64,000 nucleotides of DNA from Eledone cirrhosa (Eukaryota). The notes under the pieces are model-generated. The model searched no databases, had not been told where the DNA came from, and was given only the letters and a program-made list of their open reading frames with translations. This document shows, in pieces, positions 14,736 through 29,154 of this stretch. Position numbers and translations under genes: made by a program. The number at the start of each line of letters is the position of its first letter. Positions within the stretch are counted from its first letter, which is position 1. The stretch covers positions 6,014,001-6,078,000 of the forward strand of contig OZ024754.1 of the NCBI GenBank assembly GCA_964016885.1, given 5' to 3'.

Positions 14736-15744
14736 ATTTGTAGCATTAAAGCAAATACTTTAATATTTAATATATATTAGTCATAAACATATAATAATTG
14801 GTGTGATGAAACCCACCTTTATAAAGTCAGTATATATATGTATGAGATGAAAGAATGGTATTTAACTAATGTAATGGTACGCGATGGGGCCCACCCACAG
14901 CCCCGGCGGACAGAATGTTATAGTTCTGTTTTGACATTTGAATAATATTTTGCTAATGCAGGTTCTACCGAGTGCTCGGACAGACAGACATACAGAGGTG
15001 CTGATTTCCTTGATATATTTTTATTTACTCTACCGAATGCTCAGATGAGCCAGGGGCCCTCAACCCACTTGCTTACGTTCTCGCACTCCACCGACGAGTA
15101 TTAGACGTATTAGGCTCTATAAATAACGTATCATTGATTGATATGTTTATTATGTTAGTTATTGCAACATGAGGTCAATATACATGATTTATTGCAACAT
15201 GAGGTCAAGGTTGGGTGTGTTTGACGTTGAATAGAGATATTGAAATGAGAACTACTCCGTATATGAAGCAGTCTGTTTAGCTTTCAATTTTATGTTGTTT
15301 ATTATCACATTAGACTCGAACATATCTTCGGGGCCTATGAGAGGGGGGGATCAAGCCGGTACTTTGTCCCGGGGTCCAAGAGCTTAGAAGGCCCCACTGC
15401 AACCATGCAACATCGGTTTTAAGAAAAATCTTTGCCTGCTTCGGGCCCCAAATGGGTCTTGTACCGCCTTGCAAAATTTCTCTTGGCAGTCTTGTATGTC
15501 GTCTATCTTGCAACACAATATCATCCAATGTGACATTTTCTAACTCAGTGGCATAAGTGCGGAATATTTGAGTGAGATTTGTTAATATTTCTAGCAATTG
15601 GCTGTCTTCCTCGTTGGTCTGTTTTAACTCAAGATCTATTAACTGGTGATATTTAGATTAGAATAAATATCATTTGGAAATAATTAGTGTGCTTGCGTAG
15701 TTGCATATTTTAAAATATCGATTACATATTATTTCAAATGCTGG

Positions 15745-15934
15745 GCGGTGGATTGGCAGTATCGGTAGAGAGTCGAACACTATACTTTGCAGCATAGAGT
15801 TACGGCCCTTTATGGTCTGAGTTCAAATCCCGCCGAGGTTAACTTTGCCTTCCATCCTTACGGGGCCGATAAAATAAAGTACCAGTAATGCACTGGGATA
15901 ATTGCTGACCTTGTGCCAAAAGTAGAAACAATTA
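15745..15934 (+). mobile_element. Full-length tRNA-derived SINE (family 1)
   Basis: A-box tggcagtatcggtag, B-box gagttcaaatcc, central gcctt(t/c)catccttacggggtcgataaaataaagtaccag domain (resembles the Nin/Meta SINE domain), tail gaaacaatta. Confidence 0.85.
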
Positions 15935-16059
15935 TTTCAAATACTGAGTCTACCGTAACTATGACTGGTTAAAGAAAGGTGTTACCTGAATTATCGATCT
16001 GCACGTGTGAGCAGAGGTGCAGATCGATGATGAAGCTGGCTGCGACGAATATGCACATA

Positions 16060-16261
16060 TACGAGGGTCGGTAGAAAGTTTCATAGGCTGACTATGTAGG
16101 AGTGATGCTAGAGCTGTGAAATCTTGCACGTATTCATTTCAACTCGTCATATTAGCAATTGTATTGTTTCTTTCTAGGGACTATGTTGAAAAATAAACTT
16201 TATTTCGTCATTCCATGAGAGTATCTTAGTCAACGTATAAACTTTTTAGCCGACCTTCACA
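16060..16261. mobile_element. Mariner-type MITE
   Basis: Imperfect ~33-bp TIRs tacgagggtcggtagaaagtttcataggctgact / agtcaacgtataaactttttagccgaccttcaca. Confidence 0.65.
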
Positions 16262-16264
16262 CAA

Positions 16265-16304
<40 letters not shown>

Positions 16305-16770
16305 GCATGCGTGTATGTATATATGTATATATATGTGTGTGTATATATATATATGTATATATATGTGTATATATATGCATGTATATATAAAGATTTTATA
16401 TATATATATAATATATATGTGTGTATGTGTATGTATGTACGTGCGTACCTATGAGTGTGTGAGAGAGACGAGGTGCGTGCGAGGATGGTGGCCTGTGTAT
16501 ATTTGTGTGTGTATGTATGCGTGTGTATGTATGTGTGAATATATGCTTGTGTGTATGTATGTAAGTGTGAGGATGGGAGAGGGGAGTGGTCTGTGTATGT
16601 GGAAGAGGGAGGTGTTAGAAAAGAATCAAACAAAGAGAAATAAGAGAAATTGTAAAACTAGATTGTAGATGAGATAGAGAGGAAACGAGAATACGTCAGA
16701 TCCTACTGAGAAACAACAATAAGAATATTTAGATATTTATATATCTATATCTATATCTATATCTCTATAG

Positions 16771-17201
16771 AATGGTGGAAGTTATGTTGAATAGAAGAAG
16801 AAGAACATATGGTGAAATATGTTTGACTGTGTAGCAGAGTTATGCAGTTTAAATCAAAATGGTAGAAGTTATGTTGAATAGAAGAATGACATATGGTGAA
16901 CTATGTCTGACTGTGTAGCAGAGTTATACAGTTTAAATCAAAATGGTGGAAGTTATGTTGAATAGAAGAAGAAGAACATATGGTGAAATATGTTTGACTG
17001 TGTAGCAGAGTTATACAGTTTAAATCAAAATGGTGGAAGTTATGTTGGATAGAAGAGAGAGGACATATGGTGAAATATGTTTGACTGTATAGCAGAGTTA
17101 TACAGTTTAAATCAAAATGGTGGAAGTTATGTTGAATAGAAGAGAGAGGACATATGGTGAAATATGTTTGACTGAGTAGCAGAGTTATACAGTTTAAATC
17201 A
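16771..17201. repeat. ~87-bp tandem repeat, 5 copies
   Basis: aatggtggaagttatgttgaatagaag...cagtttaaatcaa. Confidence 0.92.
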
Positions 17202-17226
17202 ATTTATTAGCACTTATACCCATATA

Positions 17227-17611
17227 CAGGGTTTGATTTAGACCTTGGTGTGGCCCCGGGTAATTTAAAGTTTGGATTTCCCGGGACATTTCGGGTTTGG
17301 TGGGCTCGGAACAATTCAGGTTTGGGGGCCCGAGACGCTTCAAGTTTGGTGGGGTCCTTATACATAAAAAAGTTAAAATACACAAAACCCCCACCCCTAA
17401 AAAATGTTACATATCAAAGTTAGCTTGGCGCAAGTAATTGGAATAGAAAAGTTATACATACAGGTATTAAATTCAAAAATTCTGGCCATCCTAAAACTAA
17501 AAAGCCCAGCTGAGGGCACAAATAGATTGCTACAGCCGTCGCTGGAGGTGACCCCCACTGCAGAGGCCCGGACCAATTGTTCTCTTTGCACCCCCATTAA
17601 ATCCGGCCTTG
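17227..17611. mobile_element. Non-autonomous DNA transposon (hAT-like ends)
   Basis: Imperfect TIRs cagggtttgattta / taaatccggccttg with gggccc subterminal motifs; no clean TSD. Confidence 0.45.
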
Positions 17612-20019
17612 CATACATATGCAGCTAGTAATATATAAATCTGGACTGACTCTATACATTCGGAGTTCAAATCCTGCAGAGGTCAACTTCACTTATTCAT
17701 TCTTCTGAGGTCGATAAAATTAAATATTCAAACGTGCTTTGTGTGGGCACACCTCCTGCAGAACGCTCCCTCTGACGTTTCTGCTCCGCCTTTTGTGGAC
17801 CCTCAGGATCAGCACACGATTTCTTTCCACATTCCTATATCGTGCGCTGTGAATTGGCACAATCGTTAGAGCGTCCAATTGAATACTTTGTGGTATTTGT
17901 TGAGGCTCTCTGAGCTCAAGTCCGAGTGTAATACTGGGGTCGATTCTTCATCTACATTCCTTCATCACATCCTCATTACTAATCAAGTACTAGGATCGAT
18001 AAAATCGACTTTACCCTCCCCTCAAGTTTCTGACTGTGATAAAAACCATTATATAAGTCAGATGTTCCCTAATTTCAAACAAGATCAATATATAATCAAA
18101 AAACCTCATAAGACAGGATATATATCATCTGACCAGAGACTAATACTAATGTTAACCCTTTCATAACTGCATTTCTAATGAGATACATTCTATTTTAATT
18201 AATTAATTGAGAATTTTTAGGGATTTACTAAAATTATTAATTATCTCATTACTACGATAGTAACTTAATGTAAGATTTTTATATAAAATTATGTCGGAAG
18301 ATTTTAATTTGAATTGAAAACCTTTAAAATGTGTGGTTTTATTTCATAGAACCGGAGCTGGTTTTGGCCAGGTTGGTAACTAACCAGAACACTAATATTA
18401 AAAGCCTTCATGTCAATAAGAAAGCAAAGGTATGTAAACAGGTGAATATGCTTCTAATGTCCAGTGAGGTTTGTTAGTTAAATTGCTGGTTTCACATTTG
18501 TAATCTTTAACATAGACAGTATATGTCGACAAAGAAAAATTGCAATGCTTTCTATGACATAACACAAAATAAAAACATTTTAATGGACAAAACATATGCT
18601 ATTTCCCACATAAATAGGAAATTAATGATAGAAGCAATATTCATAACACAGCATAATGGTTAAAATTGACACGTTGATATAACATTTATTATGTTCATTA
18701 AATGATTATATGTAGTCCTACAGTCTAATCCAGATGAAATCACAAACTCCATATCCGTTTGATGATGGCGATTCTGTTAAAATTCTTCACGTCTCCGTTC
18801 TTTCATCCAGCTATTAACATGTTATTTTCTCTATGAAAATTATATCTCCTTTTCGTCCCACTCTTTCCAGTCATTACCTCTAACCCATAATTCTACTTCC
18901 GGTATCTCCCTTGGCTTCCGCTTACCTCTCTCATTCTATCTTGTTTTTCGTACGGCCTTTGGACAGCATGTTCCGTTCCAGGCTCCCTCATCTGTACTCG
19001 TTTTCAGACTATAGTTATCCCTATGTCTTCCTAGGGATATTATCCGGCAACCTCTTTACTCGTTGTTGTTATAGTCGTAAGTTTTTATCATAATCTTTAA
19101 TATATTTGTTTGTCTTATACTATTGAATAACATAATTCTGGAATTAGAAAACAAAATGGACGAAATCTTTGAAGCTTGAATAACGTTGAATAAAATGAAT
19201 GAATGAATGATCGGGATAGATCTGGGACTGAGTAAAGACAACTATTACAACAATAACATTCTTAATATTCTTATAAGATAAACAATATTCTAGAAATTAT
19301 AAACGTCATATAAAAGTAACTTTAGCCGTCCACAAACACAAAAACTGTTAAATTCATTTTCCATTTGGTGTCAAACATTTTCATCACTCTCAAACTGTGT
19401 GGGTGACCATGTTGCAAAAGGTACGACGGAAAGGTTTTACACCAGGAAATAAATATATGATAGATATAAAGTGACTTTAGCAGTGTTAGTGTGTTTTACG
19501 ACCAGGCTGAAAAGAATGCAACGAAAAATGTTTACAGGAAGATATAAATAAAAGATAAATGGAAAGTGTTTTTAAAAGATCTTTGACTTTCTTTGTGACC
19601 AGGTTACAAAAAAATGTGACGAAAAGGACTTTACAGCCCCCCAAAATAAATGATAAATTTAATGTGAATTTAGTAGTTCTTGTTTATATGATGTTTTGTT
19701 TTATTTATTTGTTTTTTTATTTATTTATTGCGAATAGGCTTCGAAGAGTGCGACAAACATTTTTGACAGTCAGCAATTCAAGATAAAGGTAAAGTCAATT
19801 TAACAGTTTGTGTATGTGTTTTACGACCAGGTTGAAAAGAGTGTGACGAAATGTTTGACACGATGATGATAAATAATTATAAACGTGAGTGAATTTAACA
19901 AATTTTGTGAGTTTTTTTCATTTTTTCTTTAATGATTGAAATGAATTTTCCATGTTTTAATTGCTTTGCAATACACGCTTTAAAATCAAGTCACTTGCAA
20001 AATAAGTGCAACTCTGAGT

Positions 20020-20792
20020 TAGTAATTAACATTAAATGAAACCCTTTCCAACCCTGATATAGTAATTAACATTAAATGAAACCCTTTCCAACCCTGATAT
20101 AATAGTTAACTTTAAATGAAACCCTTTCCAACCCTGATATAATAGTTAACTTTAAATGAAACCCTTTCCAACCCTGATATAATAATAATTAACTTTAAAT
20201 GAAACCCTTAAACCCTGTCCAACCCTGATATAATAGTAACATTAAATGAAACCCTTTCCAGCCCTGTCAAACCCTCATATAATAAACATTAAATGAAACC
20301 CTTTCCAGCCCTGATATAATAGTTAACTTTAAATGAAACCCTTAAACCCTGTCCAACCCTGATATAATAGTAACATTAAATGAAACCCTTTCCAGCCATG
20401 TCAAACCCTCATATAATAGTTAACATTAAATGAAACCCTTTCCAGCCCTGATATAATAGTAACATTAAATGAAACCGTTAAACCCTGTCCAACCCTGATA
20501 TAATAGTAACATTAAATGAAACCCTTTCCAGCCCTGATATAATAGTTAACTTTAAATGAAACCCTTAAACCCTGTCAAACCCTCATATAATAGTTAACAT
20601 TAAATGAAACCCTTTCCAGCCCTGATATAATAGTTAACTTTAAATGAAACCCTTAAACCCTGTCAAACCCTCATATAATAGTTAACATTAAATGAAACCC
20701 TTTCCAGCCCTGATATAATAGTTAACTTTAAATGAAACCCTTAAACCCGGTCCAACCCTGATATAATAGTTAACATTAAATGAAACCCTTTC
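20020..20792. repeat. 40/50-bp variant minisatellite
   Basis: taacattaaatgaaaccctttccarccctgatataatag with an optional extra accctgtc block. Confidence 0.9.
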
Positions 20793-21494
20793 CGTCTTAT
20801 TTAATATATTTCGTATAAGTTGCCATAGACATCTTGAAATATTTTTTTTATTCTCGGAGAGTCAAGCTGGTCCCTCTTTTATTATTGTGGTTAAACTTCT
20901 AAGGGTTTACACAACTTCAGTGTACGTGTCGTGGACACAAAAACCAAACGTCATGTCCTTCACAACTCCTTCAGCTTTTCCAGCTTACACCGACCCACCC
21001 GCCTCAAGTGATGCCGATTTCAACTTAATTTACGGAGACCATCTGTTCTTGTGCTGTCTATTTTTTAGGCAGGCGAAGTGTTGGAGGGGGAGAGATATGT
21101 TACATGTCTGCATTCCACCCACTTAGCCTCCCATTTCTTCTAAACTACTACAGCTAATACTATTGCTACTACTACTAATACTGCTATGTAAAGTATAATA
21201 AGTACTTCTGTTTTGACTATTAACCACTCTACGACGTCTAAAATCTCAGCTAATTAAAGCTACTGCACTAAAATCTACAACAGTCGTTCTCTCTCTCTCT
21301 CTCTCCAACGAAGGATATATATAGAGAGAGAGGGGGAGAGAGAGATACACAGAGACACACACACACGGTTCGCTTAATCCAAAGACCAAAAATGTAGAAT
21401 GTATACTTTTAATACAAGCCCTATGATATTACCAAAGTTTCAGGTCTGACGACTTTTGTCCGTGGATCGATGTCTCTCTCTCTCTCTTACACTC

Positions 21495-21542
<48 letters not shown>

Positions 21543-21658
21543 CATATATATAGATATATTTCCCCCCATATATATATATATATAACGAAAAGCTCATCTG
21601 GTATATATATATATGTATATATATATGTATATATATCTATATAACGAAAAGCTCATCT

Positions 21659-21695
<37 letters not shown>

Positions 21696-21709
21696 CGAAA
21701 AGCTCATCT

Positions 21710-21748
<39 letters not shown>

Positions 21749-21762
21749 CGAAAAGCTCATCT

Positions 21763-21800
<38 letters not shown>

Positions 21801-21802
<2 letters not shown>

Positions 21803-21988
21803 AGTAAGTAAGACCCCGACGGCTGAGCTCCAGCCGTTTCGACGGCTAATTCTGACAGAATTAGCCGTCGAAACGGCTTGAGTTCAGCCGTCGGGGTCTT
21901 ACTTACTCCTATTACCCACTCTACTACCCTAAGTATTGAGTACTTTGGTGCGTTATGGTCCATCTGGTTCCTTACCACTTTTCCTTCG

Positions 21989-21990
<2 letters not shown>
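21801..21990 (+). mobile_element. Family A TA-inserted fold-back element
   Basis: Same architecture as 7201-7392 with a different fold-back junction (ctaattctgacagaattag). Confidence 0.8.
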
Positions 21991-22048
<58 letters not shown>

Positions 22049-22228
22049 CATCTTTATAGCATATACAAAAAATAAAATTGATGTTAGCGAAGCTTACTTT
22101 CTCCGTTCTGGATCTTCAAAATATTTGTTATTAGGTTAAATTGTTTTTTTCGTTAAAACCGTTTTTTAATTACCATTTTCCTTATATAACGTGATCTCTA
22201 TATGTTTTCTAACGTCCACTCTTTTTTC

Positions 22229-22269
<41 letters not shown>

Positions 22270-22275
<6 letters not shown>

Positions 22276-22672
22276 TAAGAGGAATTCCAACTTTGTCTGA
22301 TTTACTCGTTTTATTTACAATCCTTTAAAATATATATAATGGTATTATAATGAAATAGTATGATAGAATATTAAATTCTAAGTGTTAATTGAACAAGTAC
22401 TTTCATGCTTTCGCAATCTTCAGGTTCATGATATGTGGTGACAGTCGAGTTTGCAATTTTCAACTGTGAAAATTGCAAACTCGACTGTCACCACATATCA
22501 TGAACCTGAAGATTGCGAAAGCATGAAAGTACTTGTTCAATTAACACTTAGAATTTAATATTCTATCTTAATATTCTATCATACTATTTCATTATAATAC
22601 CATTATATATATTTTAAAGGATTGTAAATAAAACGAGTAAATCAGACAAAGTTGGAATTCCTCTTATTAATA
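22270..22672. repeat. Near-perfect ~190-bp-arm inverted repeat carrying mirror hammerheads
   Basis: Arms meet at ...gcaattttca-actg-tgaaaattgc.... The only visible difference is a 13-bp duplication (ttaatattctatc) in the right arm. Confidence 0.92.
22501..22539 (+). ncRNA. Minimal type I hammerhead ribozyme (intact core)
   Basis: tgaac-CTGAAGA-t tgc gaaa gca t-GAAA-gtac-TT-gttca. 5-bp stem I; stem III lies in the palindrome aagtactt. A mirror copy is at 22390-22428 (-). Confidence 0.85.
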
Positions 22673-22722
22673 TAATCTTCTATACACAATCATACACACC
22701 CGTGTATATTTACCTATCTATA

Positions 22723-22756
<34 letters not shown>

Positions 22757-22764
22757 CGCGCGCA

Positions 22765-23044
22765 TCCCGGGTTCAATCGGAGGTAACCACTGTAGGTAAG
22801 GTATTCAATACATAGCAGAGTATAAATGTTTAATATAGAAATGGCTTCGACAGGACTAGAACTGTTTCATTCGAAGGAAATCATAAGGAAAGCCGCCTAC
22901 CAATGACCTCCCCCCCCATCCCAATCACCACCTTACCCTACCACCAGAAAATGTATAAATACCACCATATCACATTGACAGTCGGCTTTCCTGGTGATTT
23001 CCTTCGAATGAAACAGTTCTAGTCCTGTAGAAGCCATTTCTATA

Positions 23045-23048
<4 letters not shown>
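22765..23048 (-). mobile_element. Family B variant with spaced inverted arm
   Basis: tcccgggttcaatcggaggtaaccac...ggaaagccg, a ~90-bp spacer, then inverted cggctttcctggtgatttcc...ccatttctatat. Confidence 0.75.
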
Positions 23049-23095
<47 letters not shown>

Positions 23096-23325
23096 CAGTA
23101 ATAATAAAAGTGAAGACTAAAATCCGAAGAGGGTTCGATAAGGATTATATATATATATAAATATGTAAATACCGTAGATCAGAAGATTCTGTTAAGGGTG
23201 AAAGCAGCGATTCTTTGCTTAAACTTTAATCTGTTATTTTAATATATAAATATATATATATATTTATATTTATATATATATATATATATATATAAATATA
23301 TATATTTATATATATATTTATATAT

Positions 23326-23356
<31 letters not shown>

Positions 23357-23668
23357 TCACACACAACACACATGTTGGGGGGGCGATGATGTTAAACAAT
23401 GAAAGAATGGCAGACAAGATGGCGTAATTGATTCTTCTAATGTTTTACGATCCTTTCAGTGAATAAATTTATCGATACCCAGACTAATCGATAACAGTTT
23501 TGCTACTGAAAATCATCACCTCCCCCGCCTTCCCACAAAGGACATCCACACTTGGCTCAGCTAATATATATGTTGTGTGTGTATGTTATGTGTGTATATA
23601 TGTGTGTATATATGAGTGTGTGTGTGTGTGTGTGTATGTGTGTATATATGTGTGTTTATATATATGTG

Positions 23669-23744
<76 letters not shown>

Positions 23745-23772
23745 TATATATGTGTGTGTTTATATATATGTG

Positions 23773-23844
<72 letters not shown>

Positions 23845-24519
23845 TATATATGTGTGTGTTTATATATATGTGTATATATATATGTGTGTGTGTGTGTATA
23901 TATATGTTTATATATATATATGTGTGTATATATGTGTGTATATATATATATATATATGCGCGTGTGTATATATATAAATATGTGTATGTGTGTGTGTATA
24001 TATATATGAATATGTGTGTATGTGTGTGTGTGTATATATATATGAATATGTGTGTGTATATATGTGTGTATATATATATATATGCGCGTGTGTATATATA
24101 TAAATGTGTGTATGTGTGTGTGTATATATATATGAATATGTGTGTATGTGTGTGTGTGTATATATATATGAATATGTGTGTGTATATATGTGTGTATATA
24201 TATATATATGCGCGTGTGTATATATATAAATGTGTGTATGTGTGTGTGTATATATATATGAATATATATGTGTGTGTATATATATATATGAATATATATA
24301 TGTGTGTATATATATGTGTGTATATATATATATGAATACATATATGTCAGTGTGTGTATGAATATATATATATATATATCTGTGTATGTCTGTGTATATA
24401 TGAGCATGTATATGTGTGTGTGTGTGTGTGTGTGTAATGAGATACAGAATTGTATGTTTTACTGCATGTGTATGAATGTGTACCTGTGTGTGTCTGAGAG
24501 TCTGCCTGTATGTGTATGA

Positions 24520-26150
24520 ATATGTATGTATGTACATGTATGTATATCTATGTACCTGTATGTATGTACCTGTGTATATGTATGTATGTGTATATGTATG
24601 TATGTACCTGTGTATATCTATGTATGTGTATGTATGTACCTGTGTATGTCTATGTATGTGTATGTATGTACCTGTGTATGTGTATGTATGTGTGTGTATG
24701 TGTATGTATATCTATGTATGTGTATGTACCTGTGTATATGTATGTGTATGTATGTACCTGTGTATGTCTATGTATGTGTATGTATGTACCTGTGTATGTC
24801 TATGTATGTGTATGTATGTACCTGTGTATGTCTATGTATGTATGTGTATGTACCTGTGTATATCTATGTATGTGTATGTATGTTCCTGTGTATATCTATG
24901 TATGTGTATGTATGTACCTGTGTATATCTATGTATGTGTATGTACCTATGTATATATATGTATGTGTGTGTATGTACCTGTGTATGTCTATGTATGTGTA
25001 TGTATGTACCTGTGTATATCTATGTATGTGTATGTACCTGTGTATATCTATGTATGTGTATGTATCTACCTGTGTATATCTATGTATGTGTATGTATGTA
25101 CCTGTGTATGTCTGTGTATGTATGTGTATGTACCTGTGTGTATCTATGTATGTGTATGTATGTACCTGTGTATGTCTATGTATGTGTATGTACCTGTGTA
25201 TGTCTGTGTATGTATGTGTATGTACCTGTGTATATCTATGTATGTGTATGTACCTATGTATATCTATGTATGTATGTATATCTATCTATGTATGTATATC
25301 TATGTATGTGTATGTATGTGTATGTATGTACCTGTGTATATCTATGTATGTGTATGTACCTATGTATATCTATGTATGTGTATGTATGTATATCTATCTA
25401 TGTATGTATATCTATGTATGTGTATGTATGTGTATGTATGTACCCGTGTATATCTGTGTATGTATGTGTATGTATGTATGTGTATGTATGTATATCTACG
25501 TATGTGTATGTATGTGTATGTATGTGTATGTATATGTATGTATGTGTACATCTATGTATGTGTATGTATGTGTATGTATGTGTATGTATGTGTATGTATA
25601 TGTATGTATGTGTACATCTATGTATGTGTATGTATGTGTATGTATGTGTATGTATGTGTATGTATGTGTACATCTATGTATGTGTATGTATGTGTATATC
25701 TATGTATATCTATGTATGTGTGTGTATGTATGTATGTGTACATCTATGTATGTGTATGTATGTGTATATCTGTGTATATCTATCTATGTATGTGTATGTA
25801 TGTGTGTATGTATGTGTATGTATGTGTGTGTATGTATGTATCTGTATGTATGTACCTATGTATGTGTATGTATGTGTATGTATGTACCTATGTATATCTA
25901 TGTATGTGTGTGTATGTATGTGTATGTATGTGTGTGTATGTATGTGTATGTATGTATGTATATGTATGTATCTGTATGTATGTACCTATGTATGTGTATG
26001 TATGTGTATGTATGTACCTATGTATATCTATGTATGTATATCTATGTATGTGTGTATGTATGTGTATGTATGTGTGTGTATGTATGTGTATGTATGTGTG
26101 TGTATATGTATGTATGTGTACATCTATGTATGTGTGTGTATGTGTGTGTC
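24520..26150. repeat. Compound TATG/TG/TACCTG satellite
   Basis: Source of the three overlapping ~550-aa V/C/M/Y ORFs. Confidence 0.9.
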
Positions 26151-26384
26151 ACCACTGATCTGTAAGTAGCTGTATTGATAGAGTAACAACTATTCATTAA
26201 GTGACCAGCTGAGAACACACCTGTATGTCAGAAATAGTAGTTAATTAAAGGTATCGCGGGGATGAAAGGACTTTAATAGTTTACAGGTGACCAGTTATTA
26301 GTGAACAATACCAGTTGAACTGGACGTCGGGTTAAATACTAACCAGGTGAGAATGGAATCATGATTAGGTAATACAAGAGTAAT

Positions 26385-27268
26385 GGATCGGTAGAGCGTC
26401 GACTATAATGCATTGCTGTATTAAGTTCTGTTCTGAGTTCAAGTCCTGACGAGGTCAATTTTAGCTTTCATTTTTTTTTTTTGTGCGGCGGATGGGGGGG
26501 GGGGGGGATAAAATATATACCAGTGGTGACCGAGGGTTCAGTTAATCGACTTTGCCATTCCTCTAAATTGCTGCCTGTGTGTTAATGTTAGAAAGGATTA
26601 ATATAATTTTTTCTACTTTTGGCACAAGGGCAGCAAATATTCCAGTGTATTACTGGTACATAATTGGGGTTGGATTGGCAGATTCGGTAGAGCGCCGGAC
26701 AAATGCTTTGAGGTATATTTTTTTTTTTTTTTTTTTGTCTCTTTACGTTCTGAGTTCGAATTCTGTCGAGATCAACTTCGCCATTTATTTCATTTTTCCG
26801 GGGTCGATAAAATAAGTACCAGTCATGCACTGGGGTCAATTTAATTGACTTTCTCTTTCCCAAAAATTGTTGACCTTGTGCCTAAATCAGAAACCACGGT
26901 GGATTGGCAGTATCGGTAGAGGGTCAGACGCCATGCTTTCCAGCATAGTTACGTCCCCTTACGATCTGAGTTCAAATCCCGAGGTTGACTTTGCCTTTCA
27001 TCCTTACGGGGTCGATAAAATAAAGTACCAGTAATGTACTGGGATAAGTGCTGGCCTTGTGCCAAAAGTAGAAACAATTATTAGTTGATATATTAGGACG
27101 GTGGATTGGCAGTATCGGTAGAGGGTTGGACGCCATGCTTTATGGCATATGGTTACGGCCCTTTACGATCTGAGTTCAAATCCTGCTGAGGTTAGCTTTG
27201 CCTTTCTGCCTTACGGGATGGATAAAATAAAGTACCAGTAATGCACTGGATCGATTTAATCGACTTGA
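26385..27268 (+). mobile_element. Cluster of four or more tandem SINE family 1 / related copies
   Basis: Repeated heads ggattggcag..tcggtagag at about 26672, 26901 and 27103, plus an older copy at about 26385; central domain in each. Confidence 0.8.
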
Positions 27269-27324
27269 GTTAATATACAAAAATGGCGTAGACATTACAA
27301 TACAATGGGAGGAAACATAATAGT

Positions 27325-27366
27325 ACCACTGATGATGTTGCAGATGTGCAACGAAAGAACTTTGAT
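27325..27366 (+). ncRNA. Minimal type I hammerhead ribozyme (diverged family E relative)
   Basis: acca-CTGATGA-t gttgca gatg tgcaac-GAAA-gaac-TT-tgat. Stem II covaries with the 35327-35369 copy. Confidence 0.78.
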
Positions 27367-27710
27367 AGACTATATATATATATATATATATATTTATATT
27401 TGTATTAACCGTTGGTCAATCAATGATAAACATTGATTGCCAAATAAATTAACTGTAGAGATATAAAATATGCAGAAGCGAAAACCAACCCAAAACAACG
27501 AAAGAACTTTGATAGACTATATATATGTGTTTGTGTCTATATTGTATCTGTATTTTTGACCGTTGGTCAGTCAATGGCAACATTGAGGACCGAATAAATT
27601 AAATTAACCGATATAAAAGACACAGAAGCGAAAACCAACCAAACAGTGAGTGTGTTCTGTTATTATTTCTGGCAATATTATAACAATATGACCCTCCCCA
27701 AGTATAACAA
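27325..27710 (+). mobile_element. Diverged family E element with an internal ~145-bp tandem duplication
   Basis: Hammerhead, then two copies of caacgaaagaactttgatagac...gaagcgaaaaccaacc, ending in the family E terminus atgaccctccccaagtataacaa. Confidence 0.7.
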
Positions 27711-28440
27711 TAATTAATATACTAGTTGTGTGAAATGTATACCTCAGTACTGGACTGGTCCTTTTTTCTTTTTTTTTTTTTTTTTTTTCTCAACATCGCA
27801 CGAGTAAAAAGTGAAGTTAACCTCGGCAGAATTTGAACACAGAGAGTGCAGAAAGCCAGAACGAGGATCGCAAATGTTCTAATGACTCAGCTAATTCAGC
27901 GCCTATCACATAATATAAAGACTGACCCTTTATCCAACTGGCTATTGGTGATAGTGAATCACCACAGCCAAAGATGGCGTCTAACCTTTGTTCTCTGACA
28001 TACGATATTATTTCAACTAAGGAATTAGATATTACCATTCAAATTATTACTTCCAGTCGCTGACCATATTTATTATTCCAACATAAAAATTGTTCCGCTT
28101 TTTTAATCTTCTAAGAAGATTCCAATATTAAGAAATTTTGGCACGTTTTACCGCTGACTTAAGAGAATTTCGTGAGCGAGTCTGATGCTACGGTGCCGTT
28201 GCTTGTCTGTAGTTCCTGTGTCTCTTTATTCCAACAGAAGTTATTCAACTGAAATACTCACATATAATGAAATACAATGCAATTGTCCACTATGTTCAAC
28301 TAGTATTATGCATAGATACGCACATATGTACATATATACATATATACTATACACATACGTGTGTATAGTATAGCTAAGCATTCGTATATATTTGAGTGCT
28401 CATGTAAAGTGCTGATGTATAAGTGCACATATACGTGTGC

Positions 28441-28486
<46 letters not shown>

Positions 28487-28832
28487 AAGTATGTATACGT
28501 ACATACATATATGAATACAGACGTACAGTAGTATGTATATATATATATACATACATGCACACATATATATATGTACGTACATATATATATATATATATGT
28601 GTGTGTGCATGTATTTATATATATATACATACTACTGTACGTCTGTATACATATATGTATGTATACACACTTATATTAAAGTAACAGCCGTACTAAGAGT
28701 GAGAAATGAAATTTCGTTTCATTTTTTCCGTTTATATTTATATATATTTATATATATATATATTTATATATATATTTATATATTTATATATATATATATT
28801 TATATATTTATATATATATATATTTATATTTA

Positions 28833-28927
<95 letters not shown>

Positions 28928-28946
28928 ATTTATATTTATATATATT

Positions 28947-28977
<31 letters not shown>

Positions 28978-29050
28978 ATGTGTGTGTGTGTGTCTGTATA
29001 TATGTGTGTGTGTGTCTGTATATATGTGTGTGTGTATCTGTATATATATG

Positions 29051-29081
<31 letters not shown>

Positions 29082-29121
29082 GCGTATATGTATGTGAGTA
29101 TATATATAGTGTGCGTGGGTG

Positions 29122-29154
<33 letters not shown>

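Noticed and set aside
20020-20792. Telomeric repeat (aaaccct motifs)
   Set aside because: The motifs are embedded in a 40/50-bp minisatellite, not tandem TTAGGG.
21584-21764. CRISPR-like repeat-spacer pattern
   Set aside because: Spacers are only TA runs, the context is eukaryotic, and there are no cas genes.
24476-26169. Three overlapping ~550-aa ORFs
   Set aside because: Translations of a TATG/TG satellite that is open in all three frames; no domain content.
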